The notes: generated by a model not told the origin, from the sequence alone. A stretch of DNA of 64,000 nucleotides from Candidatus Poribacteria bacterium (GCA_963665235.2 CAXXLX010000001.1:160001-224000), one strand, 5' to 3'; positions 31,766 through 43,349 are shown, counted from the stretch's first letter. Numbers and translations are program-made.

Positions 31766-32584
31766 ATGAAAGTTTTGAGTAAGGAAGACCTCGCTTTTTG
31801 GAAAGAGCACGGTTACGTTGTAATTCGCGATGCTGCACCACCGCCGTTAATCGAGAACGCTGCCCAGGCGGTCTGGGATTTCCTGGAGATGGATGCGGAT
31901 GTATCAGAGAGCTGGTACCCTGACCCGCCACGCGGAAGCATTATGGTGGAAATCTATCAGCATCCGGCGTTATGGGCAACCCGTCAATCCCCGCGGGTCC
32001 ATCAAGCCTTTGCCGAGATTTGGGGCACGGAGAAGCTGTGGGTCAGTTTCGACCGTGCAAGCATGAGCCCGCCCAATGTCCCCGGAAAATTTGAACGCAC
32101 AAACTTAGGGCTCCACTGGGATACATCTATCGATACTCCTATCCGCTTCCACGTTCAGGGGGTGCTTTATTTAACGGACACCGCTGCGAACCAAGGGGCG
32201 TTTACCTGCGTGCCCGGATTTCACAATCGGATTGAGGAGTGGATAAAAAGTCTGCCCCCGGATTCCAATCCACGGGCACAAGATTTAGAGGCGTTAGGCA
32301 CAACTCCTGTCCCCGGAAAAGCAGGCGATTTGATAATTTGGCACAGTGCGTTGCCACATAGTGCTGGCATCAACACTGCGGACGTACCGCGCGTTGCACA
32401 ATACATCACTATGACCCCAACAGGTGAAGCAAGTCAGGAAGCACGCGAACGTCGTATCAACGCATGGGAAAACCGTATGGCTGGGTTTAGCGGCGAACGG
32501 GCAGAAAAGGAGCATCAATCGGGGAAAACCGCCGAATTGACCGAACTTGGGAAAAAGTTGCTGGGACTTGAGGTATGGGGATAG
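31766..32584 (+). CDS. Phytanoyl-CoA dioxygenase (PhyH) family protein
   Basis: HWD...GDLIIWH..LPH...R. Confidence 0.85.
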   Translation: MKVLSKEDLAFWKEHGYVVIRDAAPPPLIENAAQAVWDFLEMDADVSESWYPDPPRGSIMVEIYQHPALWATRQSPRVHQAFAEIWGTEKLWVSFDRASMSPPNVPGKFERTNLGLHWDTSIDTPIRFHVQGVLYLTDTAANQGAFTCVPGFHNRIEEWIKSLPPDSNPRAQDLEALGTTPVPGKAGDLIIWHSALPHSAGINTADVPRVAQYITMTPTGEASQEARERRINAWENRMAGFSGERAEKEHQSGKTAELTELGKKLLGLEVWG

Positions 32585-32609
32585 ATATCCCGCCCCACCG
32601 AACGTCCTC

Positions 32610-33341
32610 TTAAGCCATCCGAATGCCGCCATTGACATCAAGTGTTGCGCCGGTAATGTACTGCCCCTCTTCCGAAGCGAGAAAGAGGATAGCACTTGCA
32701 ATTTCCGAAGCATCCGCGACGCGTCCTAACGGAATCTGATCGGTCATGTCCGGATGGTTTTTCGCCATCTCCGTTGCTGCAATGCCCGGGGCGATAGAGT
32801 TCACCGTGATGCCGTGCTCGCCTAACACACGCGCCAGCGATTTCGTCAGGCACATCACCCCAGCTTTAGAGGCGGAATACGGGGCAGAGGCAACTAAACC
32901 GCCGACCTGTCCCGCTAACGAACCGAGATTGATGATCCGTCCAAATCGCTGCGCCTTCATCGTCTCCATAACAGCTTGTGAGCAGAGGAATGGGCCTTTG
33001 AGATTTACAGCCATCATTCTATCCCACTCCGCTTCACTGCACGTCTCTATACGGGTGTAGCTAAAAATGCCAGCGTTGTTGACTAAAATATCAATACGTC
33101 CAAATTCGTCAAGGGTTCTGTTTACCATGGCTCGTACGGATTCACCATCAGCGACATCCGTTTCAATGACGCAGCATTTTCTGCCGAGGGCAGTTATCTC
33201 TTTTGAGACCGCCTCAGCATTCGTCATATTGACTTCAGGGATAACAATATCCGCGCCTTCTCTAGCGAACGCAAGACATGTCGCTTTACCAATGCCGCCA
33301 CCCCCGCCTGTCACAATCGCAACGCGTCCATCTAATCGCAT
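32610..33341 (-). CDS. SDR family oxidoreductase (FabG-like)
   Basis: TGGGGGIG, NNAG, YSASK. Confidence 0.9.
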   Translation of the reverse strand: MRLDGRVAIVTGGGGGIGKATCLAFAREGADIVIPEVNMTNAEAVSKEITALGRKCCVIETDVADGESVRAMVNRTLDEFGRIDILVNNAGIFSYTRIETCSEAEWDRMMAVNLKGPFLCSQAVMETMKAQRFGRIINLGSLAGQVGGLVASAPYSASKAGVMCLTKSLARVLGEHGITVNSIAPGIAATEMAKNHPDMTDQIPLGRVADASEIASAILFLASEEGQYITGATLDVNGGIRMA

Positions 33342-33546
33342 TTCTGACCCTCCTTTGGTGCATTTTATGTGAGTAAGTGGACAAATATTAAAATTGTCCC
33401 TACGTTTTTTCTTGAAAACATTCTGTTTATATGGTAAAATATAGTATAGTATCACACGAATTCTGGAAAAAGTCAATAGGGTAGGTTTAAGGCAGCATAC
33501 CCGCTGTTCTAACGATTAGTCCTATTGGCACAAGGAGAACTGAAGA

Positions 33547-36500
33547 ATGACAACGACCACATTTTCGCGCTGGATAATACCAATTTTGGTGTTGGGTTCT
33601 GTTTTTGTCGCTGCTTTTACGGCAACGGCACAGAATTATTATCCCGCCGATATCGGCAATAAATGGGTTTTAGAAAATACTAGAAGTGAGCAACAGCTCA
33701 CCTATACGCTTGAGACACCCAAAAATGCTGACGAGCAGGAATATATCCTCCTCAAAATTGAGACCGTAAAACAGAGCATAGGTGAGCCGGACAAGGTGGT
33801 AGACCTCGACCAGTATTTTTTGAGCGATGCACCCGACGCGGTTAAACTCCACAAGACTATCCTACAGCAAGACCCTTACGGCATTATAACTGCGAACTTT
33901 CCAACACCTGTTACCTTTTTTCCTAAAGTTTTAGAACTAGGTGATAAATGGCAGATAACAGCAGACACGAAAATCCTCACTATTCCTGTAAAAACTATCT
34001 CCAATTTAGAGGTCGTTGCATTTGAGGACGTTGTAACACCCGCCGGAACATTTCAGAACTGCGCCAAAGTTGAGTTGAAATTGGAAATTAGGGGAGCCAT
34101 AAGCGGTAATTTCGATCCAACCTATCAATGGTTAGCCCCTGATGTTGGTCCTGTTAAATATAAAAACACTACTGGACTTGTCTTTAGATTGGTAAGCTCT
34201 AATCTCTTAACACCCGGGGTTGCATTAGCCGGCGTAGGTGCGTTGGCGAAACAAACCACAAACGCAAGCACGGGAGTCAACTATACGCTCCGGGTGACAA
34301 ACACAGGCAGCACAAACGATACGTTTAGATTATCAACGTCAGGCGATGTGAGTGCTACACTTAGTAGGTCCACTGTCTCGCTTGCCCCTAAGGCTTCCAT
34401 CCAAGTAACGGCGAGGGTCGATGACCCCGCACTAGCCGCCCCAGGGAGCTATGCTGTCAAGGTTACAGCAACTTCGCAAAAAGATACAACACAAACCGCT
34501 GATATTACAACCACAACCACTATCCTTCCTGTTTATGCGGTTACGTTAGCAGGCGTAGGCGAGTTGGCAAAACAGACTACAGACGCAAGCACGGGAGTCA
34601 ACTATACTCTCAATATCACAAACACAGGAAACACAAACGATACGTTTAGATTATCAACGTCAGGCGATGCGAATGCTACACTCAGTCAGTACACTGTCCC
34701 GCTTGCCCCTAAGGCTTCCACCCAAGTGACGGTCAAGGTCGCCGGTGCTGCGCTATCGGCTGCAGGAAGTTATGCCATCAAGGTCACAGCAACATCACAA
34801 AACGATAGCACACAAACCGCTGATATTACAACCACAACCACTGTTCCACCGGTTTACAGGGTCACGTTAGCAGGCGTAGGCGAGTTGACAAAACAGACTA
34901 CAGACGCAAGCACTGGGGTCAACTATACACTCAATATCACAAACACAGGAAACACAAACGATACGTTCAACTTAGCAACCTCAGGCGATGTGACTGCCAC
35001 ACTCAGCCAGACCGCTATCTCACTCAGTCGAGGGGCTTCAGCAGAGGTGACAGTGACAATAGCTGACCCCGCACTAGCCAACGCAGGGACTTATGCCGTA
35101 AAGGTTATAGCAACTTCGCAGGAGAATAACACGCAAACCGCTGAAGCGACAACCACAACCACTATCCTTCCTATTTACGGCATCACCTTAGCTGGCGTAG
35201 GCGAGTTGACAAAACAGACTACAGACGCAAGCACGGGGGTCAACTATACTCTCAATATCACAAACACAGGAAACACAAACGATACGTTCAACTTAGCAAC
35301 CTCAGGCGATGTGACTGCTACACTCAGCCAGACCGCTATCTCACTCAGTCGAGGGGCTTCAGCAGAGGTGACAGTGACAATAGCTGACCCCGCACTAGCC
35401 AACGCAGGGACTTATGCCGTAAAGGTTATAGCAACTTCGCAGGGGAATAACACGCAAACCGCTGAAGCGACAACCACAACCACTATCCTTCCTATTTACG
35501 GCATCACCTTAGCTGGCGTAGGCGAGTTGACAAAACAGACTACAGACGCAAGCACTGGGGTCAACTATACTCTCAATATCACAAACACAGGAAACACAAA
35601 CGATACGTTCAACTTAGCAACCTCAGGCGATGTGACTGCTACACTCAGCCAGACCGCTATCTCACTCAGTCGAGGGGCTTCAGCAGAGGTGACAGTGACA
35701 ATAGCTGACCCCGCACTAGCCAACGCAGGGACTTATGCCATCAAGGTTACAGCAACTTCGCAGGGGGATAACACACAAACCGCTGAAGCGACAACTACAA
35801 CCACTATCCTTCCTATTTACGGCATCACCTTAGCTGGCGTAGGCGAGTTGACAAAACAGACTACAGACGCAAGCACTGGGGTCAACTATACTCTCAATAT
35901 CACAAACACAGGAAACACAAACGATACGTTCAACTTAGCAACCTCAGGTGATGTGACTGCTACACTCAGTCAGTCCACTGTCTCGCTATCCGCCGGGGCT
36001 TCAGCAGAGGTAACAGTGACAATAGCTGACCCCGCACTAGCCAACGCAGGGACTTATGCCGTAAACTTATGCCATCAAGGTTATAGCAACTTCGCAGGGG
36101 AATAACACACAAACCGCTGAAGCAACAATCACAACCACTATCCTTCCTGTTTATGCGGTTACGTTAGCTGGCGTAGGCGAGTTGACAAAACAGATAGCGA
36201 CAGCAGGTGAACCGGTCAACTATACACTCAATATCACAAATACCGGCAACACAGCGGACGTGATAGATATCACAACGACAGGCGATGTGGCTGCTACATT
36301 AAGTCAGTCCACTGTCTCGCTATCCGCCGGGGCTTCAGCAGAAGTGACGATGACAGTGGATACAGCTGCGCTGTCGACTGCCGGCGATTATGCAGTCATG
36401 GTTACAGCCACTTCCCAGGGGGATACTACACAAACCGCTGAAGCGACAACCACAACGACTCTTCTGCCGGTTACACCAGCTTACGGTGTGAAGTTTGAAG

Positions 36501-37039
36501 GGGATAGTGAACGCGCTGGGTCAACCGTGGATGTGCTATCGGGTGTCAGTTATACGGTCACAGTCACGAACACTGGGAATATGGATGACACGATAGTGCT
36601 TAGCTCTTCAGCAGAGATTGGCATTGAGGGGAGTGTGCGCGGGACTTTCACTGCCGCAGGTTCGCAAGGAGAGCCGAGTGGTCAGCTAGAAGTTGTGCTA
36701 GCCCCGGGCACGTCTGCCGAGGTGCTCTTCACAGCAGCGGGGGATGCCTTCACAAAACCGGGCGAATACACGATTGAAGTTACAGCAACTTCGCAAAACG
36801 ATCGCACAAAAACCGCCATGCTCACCATTACAACGACGATAACCCCAGTACCCTCAGATGTAAATGCTGATGGGATGGTAAATATTTTGGATTTAGTGAA
36901 GGTCGCTAATCAATTCGGTGAAGTTGGCGATAGTCTCGTTTCGGATGTGACTATGGATGGTGTGGTAAATATTTTGGATTTAGTGAAGGTCGCTAATCAA
37001 TTCGGTAAGACACAAGTGGAGATTGTGACGGAGAACTAG
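33547..37039 (+). pseudogene. Large secreted protein: DUF3108-like domain + about 8 Ig-like 107-aa repeats + dockerin-like end; frameshifted at 36061-36073
   Basis: ORFs 33547-36105 and 36182-37039 continue the same 321-bp repeat; extra 13 bp gtaaacttatgcc; DVNADGMVNILDLV twice. Confidence 0.8.
34220..36470 (+). repeat. 321-bp intragenic tandem repeats
   Basis: Seven similar units, the central ones near-identical. Confidence 0.9.
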
Positions 37040-37119
37040 CACTTTTTCACCGTTTGTAGGCGTGCCTAGTCGGTGGAATTAAGTTAATTTGGTATTAGGC
37101 CCGTTTGGAAAAAGTCAAT

Positions 37120-37320
37120 ATGGTAAATTGGAAAGTGGCATTGATTGCTATTGTCATCGCTATTCTGCTTATAGTAGCCGGGATGTGGTTTGGGTATCGC
37201 TACGTATCGGAACAGGACGATATACCGGTGGGCTGGCAGCGGTCTCCCGATATAATAGTCTTGTGCAGCGATACTCCGTTGCGTTTTTGTGCGCCCTATT
37301 TGCCAACACCGTCCGGCTAA
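37120..37320 (+). CDS. Small single-TM hypothetical protein, possibly a remnant
   Basis: Hydrophobic N-terminus; no clear RBS. Confidence 0.35.
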   Translation: MVNWKVALIAIVIAILLIVAGMWFGYRYVSEQDDIPVGWQRSPDIIVLCSDTPLRFCAPYLPTPSG

Positions 37321-37474
37321 GGCAGTACTGTTCCACTACCTTTCGAAGACAAGATGAGGGATATAGCTATCCCCTCACGCAAAACGCTTATTTTTTCCTT
37401 GATACTTTCTGGAACTTGTGATATTATTTTAGCAACGAATGTTTGTATATTTACAGAAAAAGGAGCTCAAAATT

Positions 37475-39337
37475 TTGAAATTTACTATATTTACGCGTTG
37501 CCTGCAACCGATTCTAATACTAAGCCTTGTATGTGGTTTTGCACTGACAGCAACCGCACAAGATTACTATCCAACAACTATTGGAAATACATGGGGTCTC
37601 CTCAGTACCGATGAGGCTGAACGGCTCACCTATTCAATTGAAGAGATCGAAAACGGTACGGTGGAAGGGGTTTTTCTCCTGAAAATCGTTACAGAGACAC
37701 TCGGCACTGAAACCGTTGATATTGACAAGTACTATATTTCTGATGAAAATGGCAATCTTTTACTACACGCGACAGCGACAGATGAAGGCACGTTCGGTAT
37801 TGCAGAATCTACGCTTGACCCACCCGCCACTTTCTTCCCCGCAGAATTGCCACTCGGCCGGACCTGGCAAGTTGTAACCGTAGCAGAACTTAACCTCGTA
37901 GGCACTTCAACAACTACAAGTACTATAAAAGTTGTCTCCATCGAGGATGTCGTAACGCCTGCTGGCACATTTGCCGACTGCGTTAAGATTGAAATAAATA
38001 GGCAATCTGTCACTGCCCTTTTAACAGTTCGCTCAACCTATTACCAATGGTTGGCACCGGATGTCGGGCCTATCAAATATGAAAACGACCAGGGAATTGT
38101 GTTTGAATTGGAAAGCTACAACCTCGTTGACGCAACTGATGATAGCACAACAGACGCGGACACAGATGACTCTTCCGTGACTGATGACACTACGGATGAC
38201 GACACCACAACAAGCGAACCCACGGATGATGGCACTACCGATGACGACACCACAACAGGCGAACCCACGGATGATGGCACTACCGATGACGACACCACAA
38301 CAGGTGAACCCACGGATGATGGCACTACCGATGACGACGATACCACAACAGATGAACCTACGTCCGACGATGGAACAGACGATACTGGTACAACTGAGGA
38401 TGACATGCCCGAGGATACGCCGACGGAACCAACTGAATACAGCTTTGACATTACCCTTGCCCCGGGATTGAACATGATATCTATTCCGCTAATGCCAGCG
38501 GAACCTTACACAGCGAAAGCCCTCGCTGAAATGTTAGGTTCAACGATTGTCATTAAACTTGACGCATCGACACAGCGTTTCGTTGGTTACACCATCGCGG
38601 AGGATGATGACGGTTTTGCTATTGATGGCGGTAGCGGCTATATCATCAACAGCTCCGCCGGGCGAGTTGTCCCGTTTACAGGCAAGGCATGGACTGATGC
38701 ATCTGCTGCACCGAAAATCAGCACGGCGAAAAGCGCGTGGGCATTTGTCATCACAACCGATTTACAACGGAAACAGACCGGGGTAGCTTATACCGTGATT
38801 GCTAAAAACCTTCGCACAGGAGCTGTCACAACGCAAAACGTTACGCCTGAAGATGCACGCGTCTCCGCTGTTTGGGCAAATCTGAATTACAAGAGCGTCG
38901 CTAAAGCCGGGGATACGATTGAGATTAAACTCCTCGACGAACGCGGCACCCTTGTCTCCGGACCGTTCCAACGTACAATTCAAACCTCTGACATTCACAA
39001 CGCCTATATGAGTGTGCAAATGCAAGTCGGGAACGTGCTTCCTCAAAAAACGATTCTGGGACAGAACTTCCCGAATCCGTTCAACCCTGAAACCTGGATA
39101 CCTTATCAACTCAAACAAAACACCGATGTAACACTCCGCATCTTTGATGTTTCGGGACGTTTGATTCGCACGTTAGACTTGGGGCATAAGTCAACAGGGT
39201 TATATGTGACAATCTCAACGGCGGCATATTGGGATGGTAAAAATGACGCGGGTGAAACTGTTTCAAGCGGAATCTATTTCTACACGCTCCAAACAGAGAA
39301 TTTCTCCGCTACCCGCCGAATGGTTATCCTCAAATAG
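37475..39337 (+). CDS. Secreted protein: DUF3108-like domain, D/T-rich repeat linker, C-terminal FlgD-Ig/T9SS-CTD-like domain
   Basis: Signal peptide, QDYYP..YQWLAPDVGP, PTDDGTTDDD repeats, QNFPNPFNPETWIPY...WDGKN..GE.VSSGIYFY. Confidence 0.85.
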   Translation: MKFTIFTRCLQPILILSLVCGFALTATAQDYYPTTIGNTWGLLSTDEAERLTYSIEEIENGTVEGVFLLKIVTETLGTETVDIDKYYISDENGNLLLHATATDEGTFGIAESTLDPPATFFPAELPLGRTWQVVTVAELNLVGTSTTTSTIKVVSIEDVVTPAGTFADCVKIEINRQSVTALLTVRSTYYQWLAPDVGPIKYENDQGIVFELESYNLVDATDDSTTDADTDDSSVTDDTTDDDTTTSEPTDDGTTDDDTTTGEPTDDGTTDDDTTTGEPTDDGTTDDDDTTTDEPTSDDGTDDTGTTEDDMPEDTPTEPTEYSFDITLAPGLNMISIPLMPAEPYTAKALAEMLGSTIVIKLDASTQRFVGYTIAEDDDGFAIDGGSGYIINSSAGRVVPFTGKAWTDASAAPKISTAKSAWAFVITTDLQRKQTGVAYTVIAKNLRTGAVTTQNVTPEDARVSAVWANLNYKSVAKAGDTIEIKLLDERGTLVSGPFQRTIQTSDIHNAYMSVQMQVGNVLPQKTILGQNFPNPFNPETWIPYQLKQNTDVTLRIFDVSGRLIRTLDLGHKSTGLYVTISTAAYWDGKNDAGETVSSGIYFYTLQTENFSATRRMVILK

Positions 39338-39465
39338 ATAACGGTGCCAAAATTGTTTAAAAAAACGCCTTGAGGTTAAAATCAACCCACAGCGGGATGG
39401 TTACATCGAGGCGTTTTCTTTTAATGACAGCACACGGCGTGTGCCTATTACCTTAGGGGGATTAG

Positions 39466-40284
39466 ATGCTCGGAAAACAGACATTTGGAATTTTTTTAGT
39501 AATAACCCTTGCTGCTTGTGTCGCGCTACGCGCAGCTGCACAAAATTATTACCCGACAACTCTCGGCAATATATGGGTCATGGAAACTGAAGATGGAACG
39601 GAACGGCTCACCTACACTGTCGAAGCGTCCGATGAAGTCATTAACGGTAAAAAGCTGGGACTCATCAAACTCACAACAGAAACCCTAGGAGCGGACTTTG
39701 CCACGACAGAGAAGTTCTTTGTGGATTTTGAAGAGGACAGCATTAAACTCTATAAGGTTGAAGTAGACCTCGGCCCGATATTTGGCGTAGCAACCGCGCT
39801 GGTATACCCGCCCGTGCTCCTTTACCCACTCTCACCAGCACTCGGAGATTCATGGACGGTTACCCTTAATTCAGAGATAACCTTGGCGGGCCCTATAACG
39901 TTGACTAGCGTGAACGAAGTTGTCGCAATAGAGGATGTTGTAACACCAATAGGCAGATTTGAGGATTGCATAAAAATTAGACTACGGACAAAAGCTACCA
40001 CTAAGACAAGTATAATGCGTGGTACAACCTACCAATGGCTTGCACCAGATTTAGGTCCCGTCAAATTCGAGAATACCCAGGATATCGTTTATGAATTGGT
40101 CAGCTTTACCGTCCTCGCGGATGTCTCACCGTATGATGTAACGGGTGATGGTGTGGTCAATATTTTGGATCTTGTCTTTGTAGCATCTCGGTTCGGTCAA
40201 GCGGATGCGGAAGCTGATGTGAACAATGATGGCATCGTAAATATTCTGGATTTGACTCTCATCGCAGGAAAATTCGGAACGTAA
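39466..40284 (+). CDS. Secreted DUF3108-like domain + dockerin-like protein
   Basis: QNYYP..YQWLAPDLGP; DVTGDGVVNILDL and DVNNDGIVNILDL. Confidence 0.85.
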   Translation: MLGKQTFGIFLVITLAACVALRAAAQNYYPTTLGNIWVMETEDGTERLTYTVEASDEVINGKKLGLIKLTTETLGADFATTEKFFVDFEEDSIKLYKVEVDLGPIFGVATALVYPPVLLYPLSPALGDSWTVTLNSEITLAGPITLTSVNEVVAIEDVVTPIGRFEDCIKIRLRTKATTKTSIMRGTTYQWLAPDLGPVKFENTQDIVYELVSFTVLADVSPYDVTGDGVVNILDLVFVASRFGQADAEADVNNDGIVNILDLTLIAGKFGT

Positions 40285-40291
40285 TGCATTC

Positions 40292-41890
40292 TTACAGAAT
40301 CCGCTTTTGAACCGAATTTGGCGCGAGGGTCTCCTCATGCCATAAAGTTGTTTCAGCCTCGCGTTGTCCCTGCTCTTTAATATCCTTTTGAAGCTGCCAC
40401 GAAAATGTGAGGGGTGAATCGCCGCTATTGTAGAACACTACCTCCGCGGTGTTAGTTGCGCCAACAATCGGGCGTACCAACGAAAGAAGCGTTGATGGCA
40501 TTTTCGCTGCCCCCGCCGAATTTCTGACAGTTATCAGCGGCACCACTTCTCCCAAAATCTCGCGTGTACCCAGAAGTAGCGGCCCGTAGCATGCGGTGAC
40601 TGCGCCTTGTCCCCAATTGCGTCCATGCCCTGCGGCAACCGAGCAGACCGCGCCTCCCATATCCGCGTGTTCTCTGCCACCCCGCAACACACGGCGAGCG
40701 ATAGCCAGACGCGCCGCAGCATTTCGCAATGCCCTAACAGCGTAGCTAATCTCACCTGTGAGCTGATAGGCGAGTGTTAGCGTGGCTGTTGATGGTTCGC
40801 GAATCGGTTTTACCGAACCGTCATCTGACCATTCTCCCCAGTACGCCATATCTGAACGTCTGCCGACACCCAATTCCCTGCGCCGAATCTCCTGCGGAAA
40901 AACGAGCGCGAGCAATTCCGGGGCGGTCCCGGGAAGTTGCTGTAAACCCTCCGTAATCGCAGTGTCAAACCCCGTATCGTTGAATGTCCAACGATAATAA
41001 CTAAGCGCAGCCGCAGCGGGGTCGTTATACGGGTCGCTAAGCGATGTAACAAGCGGTTCAACAATACGTCGCGCTGCCGATTTGAAGATGGACTCCCTAG
41101 ACAGCAGATATAGGTCACCTAAGGCGTAGATAGCTCCAGAAGCGAGTAGGTTTTCAACGCCTGCCAACGGGTCACCGGGAATGTGATGCGAACTTGCGAC
41201 AAGTCGATGCAAATTTTTTGCATCAACCTCCGCCTCGCTGAGCCCCTGTGCTTCCAAATCCCAGAGCAGCGGCATCGGTTCCGATGCAGCGACGATACGC
41301 TCAGCACGTTTACGGCCATATCGCAATGCCCACGTCACATATCGCGCCTCGCCTGTGACGCGATACGCTGCAAGGGCGATGTGAATAAAACGGAAATGCT
41401 CCGCGAGTTCATACGCGTTCTTTTCATCGTTCTCCACAAATTGGGTACCGATATTGTAACCGATAAAGGTATCCCGGGTGTAATCATACCAAGCTGGTAT
41501 TTCTGGCACCCAATTGCCGATATGTTCCGCAGCATCGGTTAAAGCAGAAATAGCCGAAGTGTCCTCCGGTTGTAATCCGATATAGCGGGGTAGGAAAAGC
41601 AGAAACGGTTCCGTACCGTGATGTGCTTCCGCCTTCGGCTCATAGCCGTGGACACAATCACGTTCTATCCAACCGAGCAGTGCCGTTTTGAGAGCGTCGA
41701 AGTGTGCTAAAACTGCTGATTCTCCGGTGATGAGATAGTGTGGAAACCAAGCGAGGGCGTAGTTCGCCTCATCTTCGCCGCCATCGTTCGGCCCGGGCGG
41801 GTCGAGATGCATGCTCTGTTTAAGCCAACGGCCCATCTCTGTTCTAAGACTACTATAAGCTTTGTAGCAATCGCGCATTAGCATTTTCAT
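40292..41890 (-). CDS. Hypothetical protein, possibly an (alpha/alpha)6 glycosidase/epimerase-like fold
   Basis: 532-aa ORF, ATGA-coupled to the upstream epimerase; AYRVTGEARY and AYQLTGEISY helical repeats. Confidence 0.55.
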   Translation of the reverse strand: MKMLMRDCYKAYSSLRTEMGRWLKQSMHLDPPGPNDGGEDEANYALAWFPHYLITGESAVLAHFDALKTALLGWIERDCVHGYEPKAEAHHGTEPFLLFLPRYIGLQPEDTSAISALTDAAEHIGNWVPEIPAWYDYTRDTFIGYNIGTQFVENDEKNAYELAEHFRFIHIALAAYRVTGEARYVTWALRYGRKRAERIVAASEPMPLLWDLEAQGLSEAEVDAKNLHRLVASSHHIPGDPLAGVENLLASGAIYALGDLYLLSRESIFKSAARRIVEPLVTSLSDPYNDPAAAALSYYRWTFNDTGFDTAITEGLQQLPGTAPELLALVFPQEIRRRELGVGRRSDMAYWGEWSDDGSVKPIREPSTATLTLAYQLTGEISYAVRALRNAAARLAIARRVLRGGREHADMGGAVCSVAAGHGRNWGQGAVTACYGPLLLGTREILGEVVPLITVRNSAGAAKMPSTLLSLVRPIVGATNTAEVVFYNSGDSPLTFSWQLQKDIKEQGQREAETTLWHEETLAPNSVQKRIL

Positions 41891-42696
41891 AACAAAGTTC
41901 TCAAAAATTCAATACTCCGTTTCGCAATCGTCTTCGGATCCGGTTTGAAATCGAACACCTCTGTTGACACATAACCCTGATAATCGATGGCTTTTAAAGC
42001 TTCAATGATTGGCGGATAATCTACACTACCAGAGCCGGGGAGATAACCGTTGTCATCGTTGGAGTGAAAATGTGCAACGTGTTCGGCACAGTTGCGAATC
42101 TGTGTCGGCATGTCTAACCCCTCTTTTGCGGTGCTACAGACATCCAAAATCATCTGGAAGTTCGGGTGATTCACAGCGTTGACCATCTCAACCGCTTTAT
42201 CCGGGTTTGTGATAAAATTCGTCTGATCGCTGGATAACGGCTCCATACACAACATAACTCCTCTTTCGCCAGCGAGTTCCGCGCCCTCCGCGAAGGTTGC
42301 TTGTGCATATCCCCATGCCTCTTCAAAGGTAAGCGGTTCCAGAACGTTCCGTTGCTGTGGCGACCCGATTACCATCACACGTCCATCTAGGTCGGCACAC
42401 AGTTCAATCAGGGCGAGGAAATAGTCTCGTGTTTCCACACGAATCTCTGCGTCGGGGTGATTGATATAGAGCCCCGGGGGTGAGACGAGTAGCCAGTGTA
42501 ACCCTGCGACCTCTATTTTTGCGGTTTGAGCGGCTTTGCGGATTCGTGCTCGTTCCGTTTCACTAATGTCCAAAACTGAGTCTGCCAATGTGAACGGTGC
42601 GATTTCAACTGCCTCGTATCCAAGTTCTGCGGCATAGGTGAACACATCCTCGATTTTCCAATTTTCAAACATTTCGTTGCATATCGCGAGTTTCAT
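41887..42696 (-). CDS. Sugar phosphate isomerase/epimerase (xylose isomerase-like TIM barrel)
   Basis: GYEAVEIAP, CMEPL, LDV, HFHSND, PGSG, GYVSTE. Confidence 0.88.
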   Translation of the reverse strand: MKLAICNEMFENWKIEDVFTYAAELGYEAVEIAPFTLADSVLDISETERARIRKAAQTAKIEVAGLHWLLVSPPGLYINHPDAEIRVETRDYFLALIELCADLDGRVMVIGSPQQRNVLEPLTFEEAWGYAQATFAEGAELAGERGVMLCMEPLSSDQTNFITNPDKAVEMVNAVNHPNFQMILDVCSTAKEGLDMPTQIRNCAEHVAHFHSNDDNGYLPGSGSVDYPPIIEALKAIDYQGYVSTEVFDFKPDPKTIAKRSIEFLRTLL

Positions 42697-42855
42697 GTTT
42701 ATCTCCATTACATATTTTTCCCGAATTCTAAACGGTTTTTGTGTTTTTGTCAAGCGGTTTTGATTTCTCGGGTGTTTAAATATTTTGTCCTTATGTGTGA
42801 ATGGACTATGTAGCTCTCCGCCGTTTTTAGGGACACAACCGTATTTAGGGCCAGA

Positions 42856-43205
42856 ACTTATACCATTTCTAATTGAAAATGTCTCTTTATTGTCCCATAA
42901 ACTTCCAGTTTGTGTGCCTTATTGTAGCATAAACTTCCAGTTTGTGTGCCTTATTGTAGCATAAACTTCCAGTTTGTGTGCCTTATTGTAGCATAAACTT
43001 CCAGTTTGTGTGCCTTATTGTAGCATAAACTTCCAGTTTGTGTGCCTTATTGTAGCATAAACTTCCAGTTTGTGTGCCTTATTGTAGCATAAACTTCCAG
43101 TTTGTGCACTTTATCGTCCCATAAACTTCCAGTTTGGGTCTTCCGTTCTCCGTTTCATTGCTAACAACCGGTAATGATAGAATAATTAATAAAAATGGTA
43201 TAAGT
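42856..43205. mobile_element. MITE-like unit with 13-bp inverted ends enclosing a 32-bp tandem array
   Basis: acttataccattt (42856-42868) and aaatggtataagt (43193-43205). Confidence 0.55.
42896..43136 (+). repeat. 32-bp-period tandem array of a GTAG-tagged REP-like palindrome, 8 cores
   Basis: GTAG-CATAAACT-TCC-AGTTTGTG with invariant linkers. Confidence 0.9.
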
Positions 43206-43349
43206 AGCAACTTGGGTTATTATAGAGCAAATCCCATGGATATGAAAGGAATTTATTACCTAACGATTTGTGCTAAATAACTATTTGTCCAATATTATTT
43301 CACAATTATATAACGGCTTGTTAGTTTTTATCATTGGTTGATTTCTTCT

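Noticed and set aside
42896-43136. Possible CRISPR array
   Set aside because: The 15-nt linkers are identical and too short to be spacers, and no cas genes are present. It is a tandem repeat.
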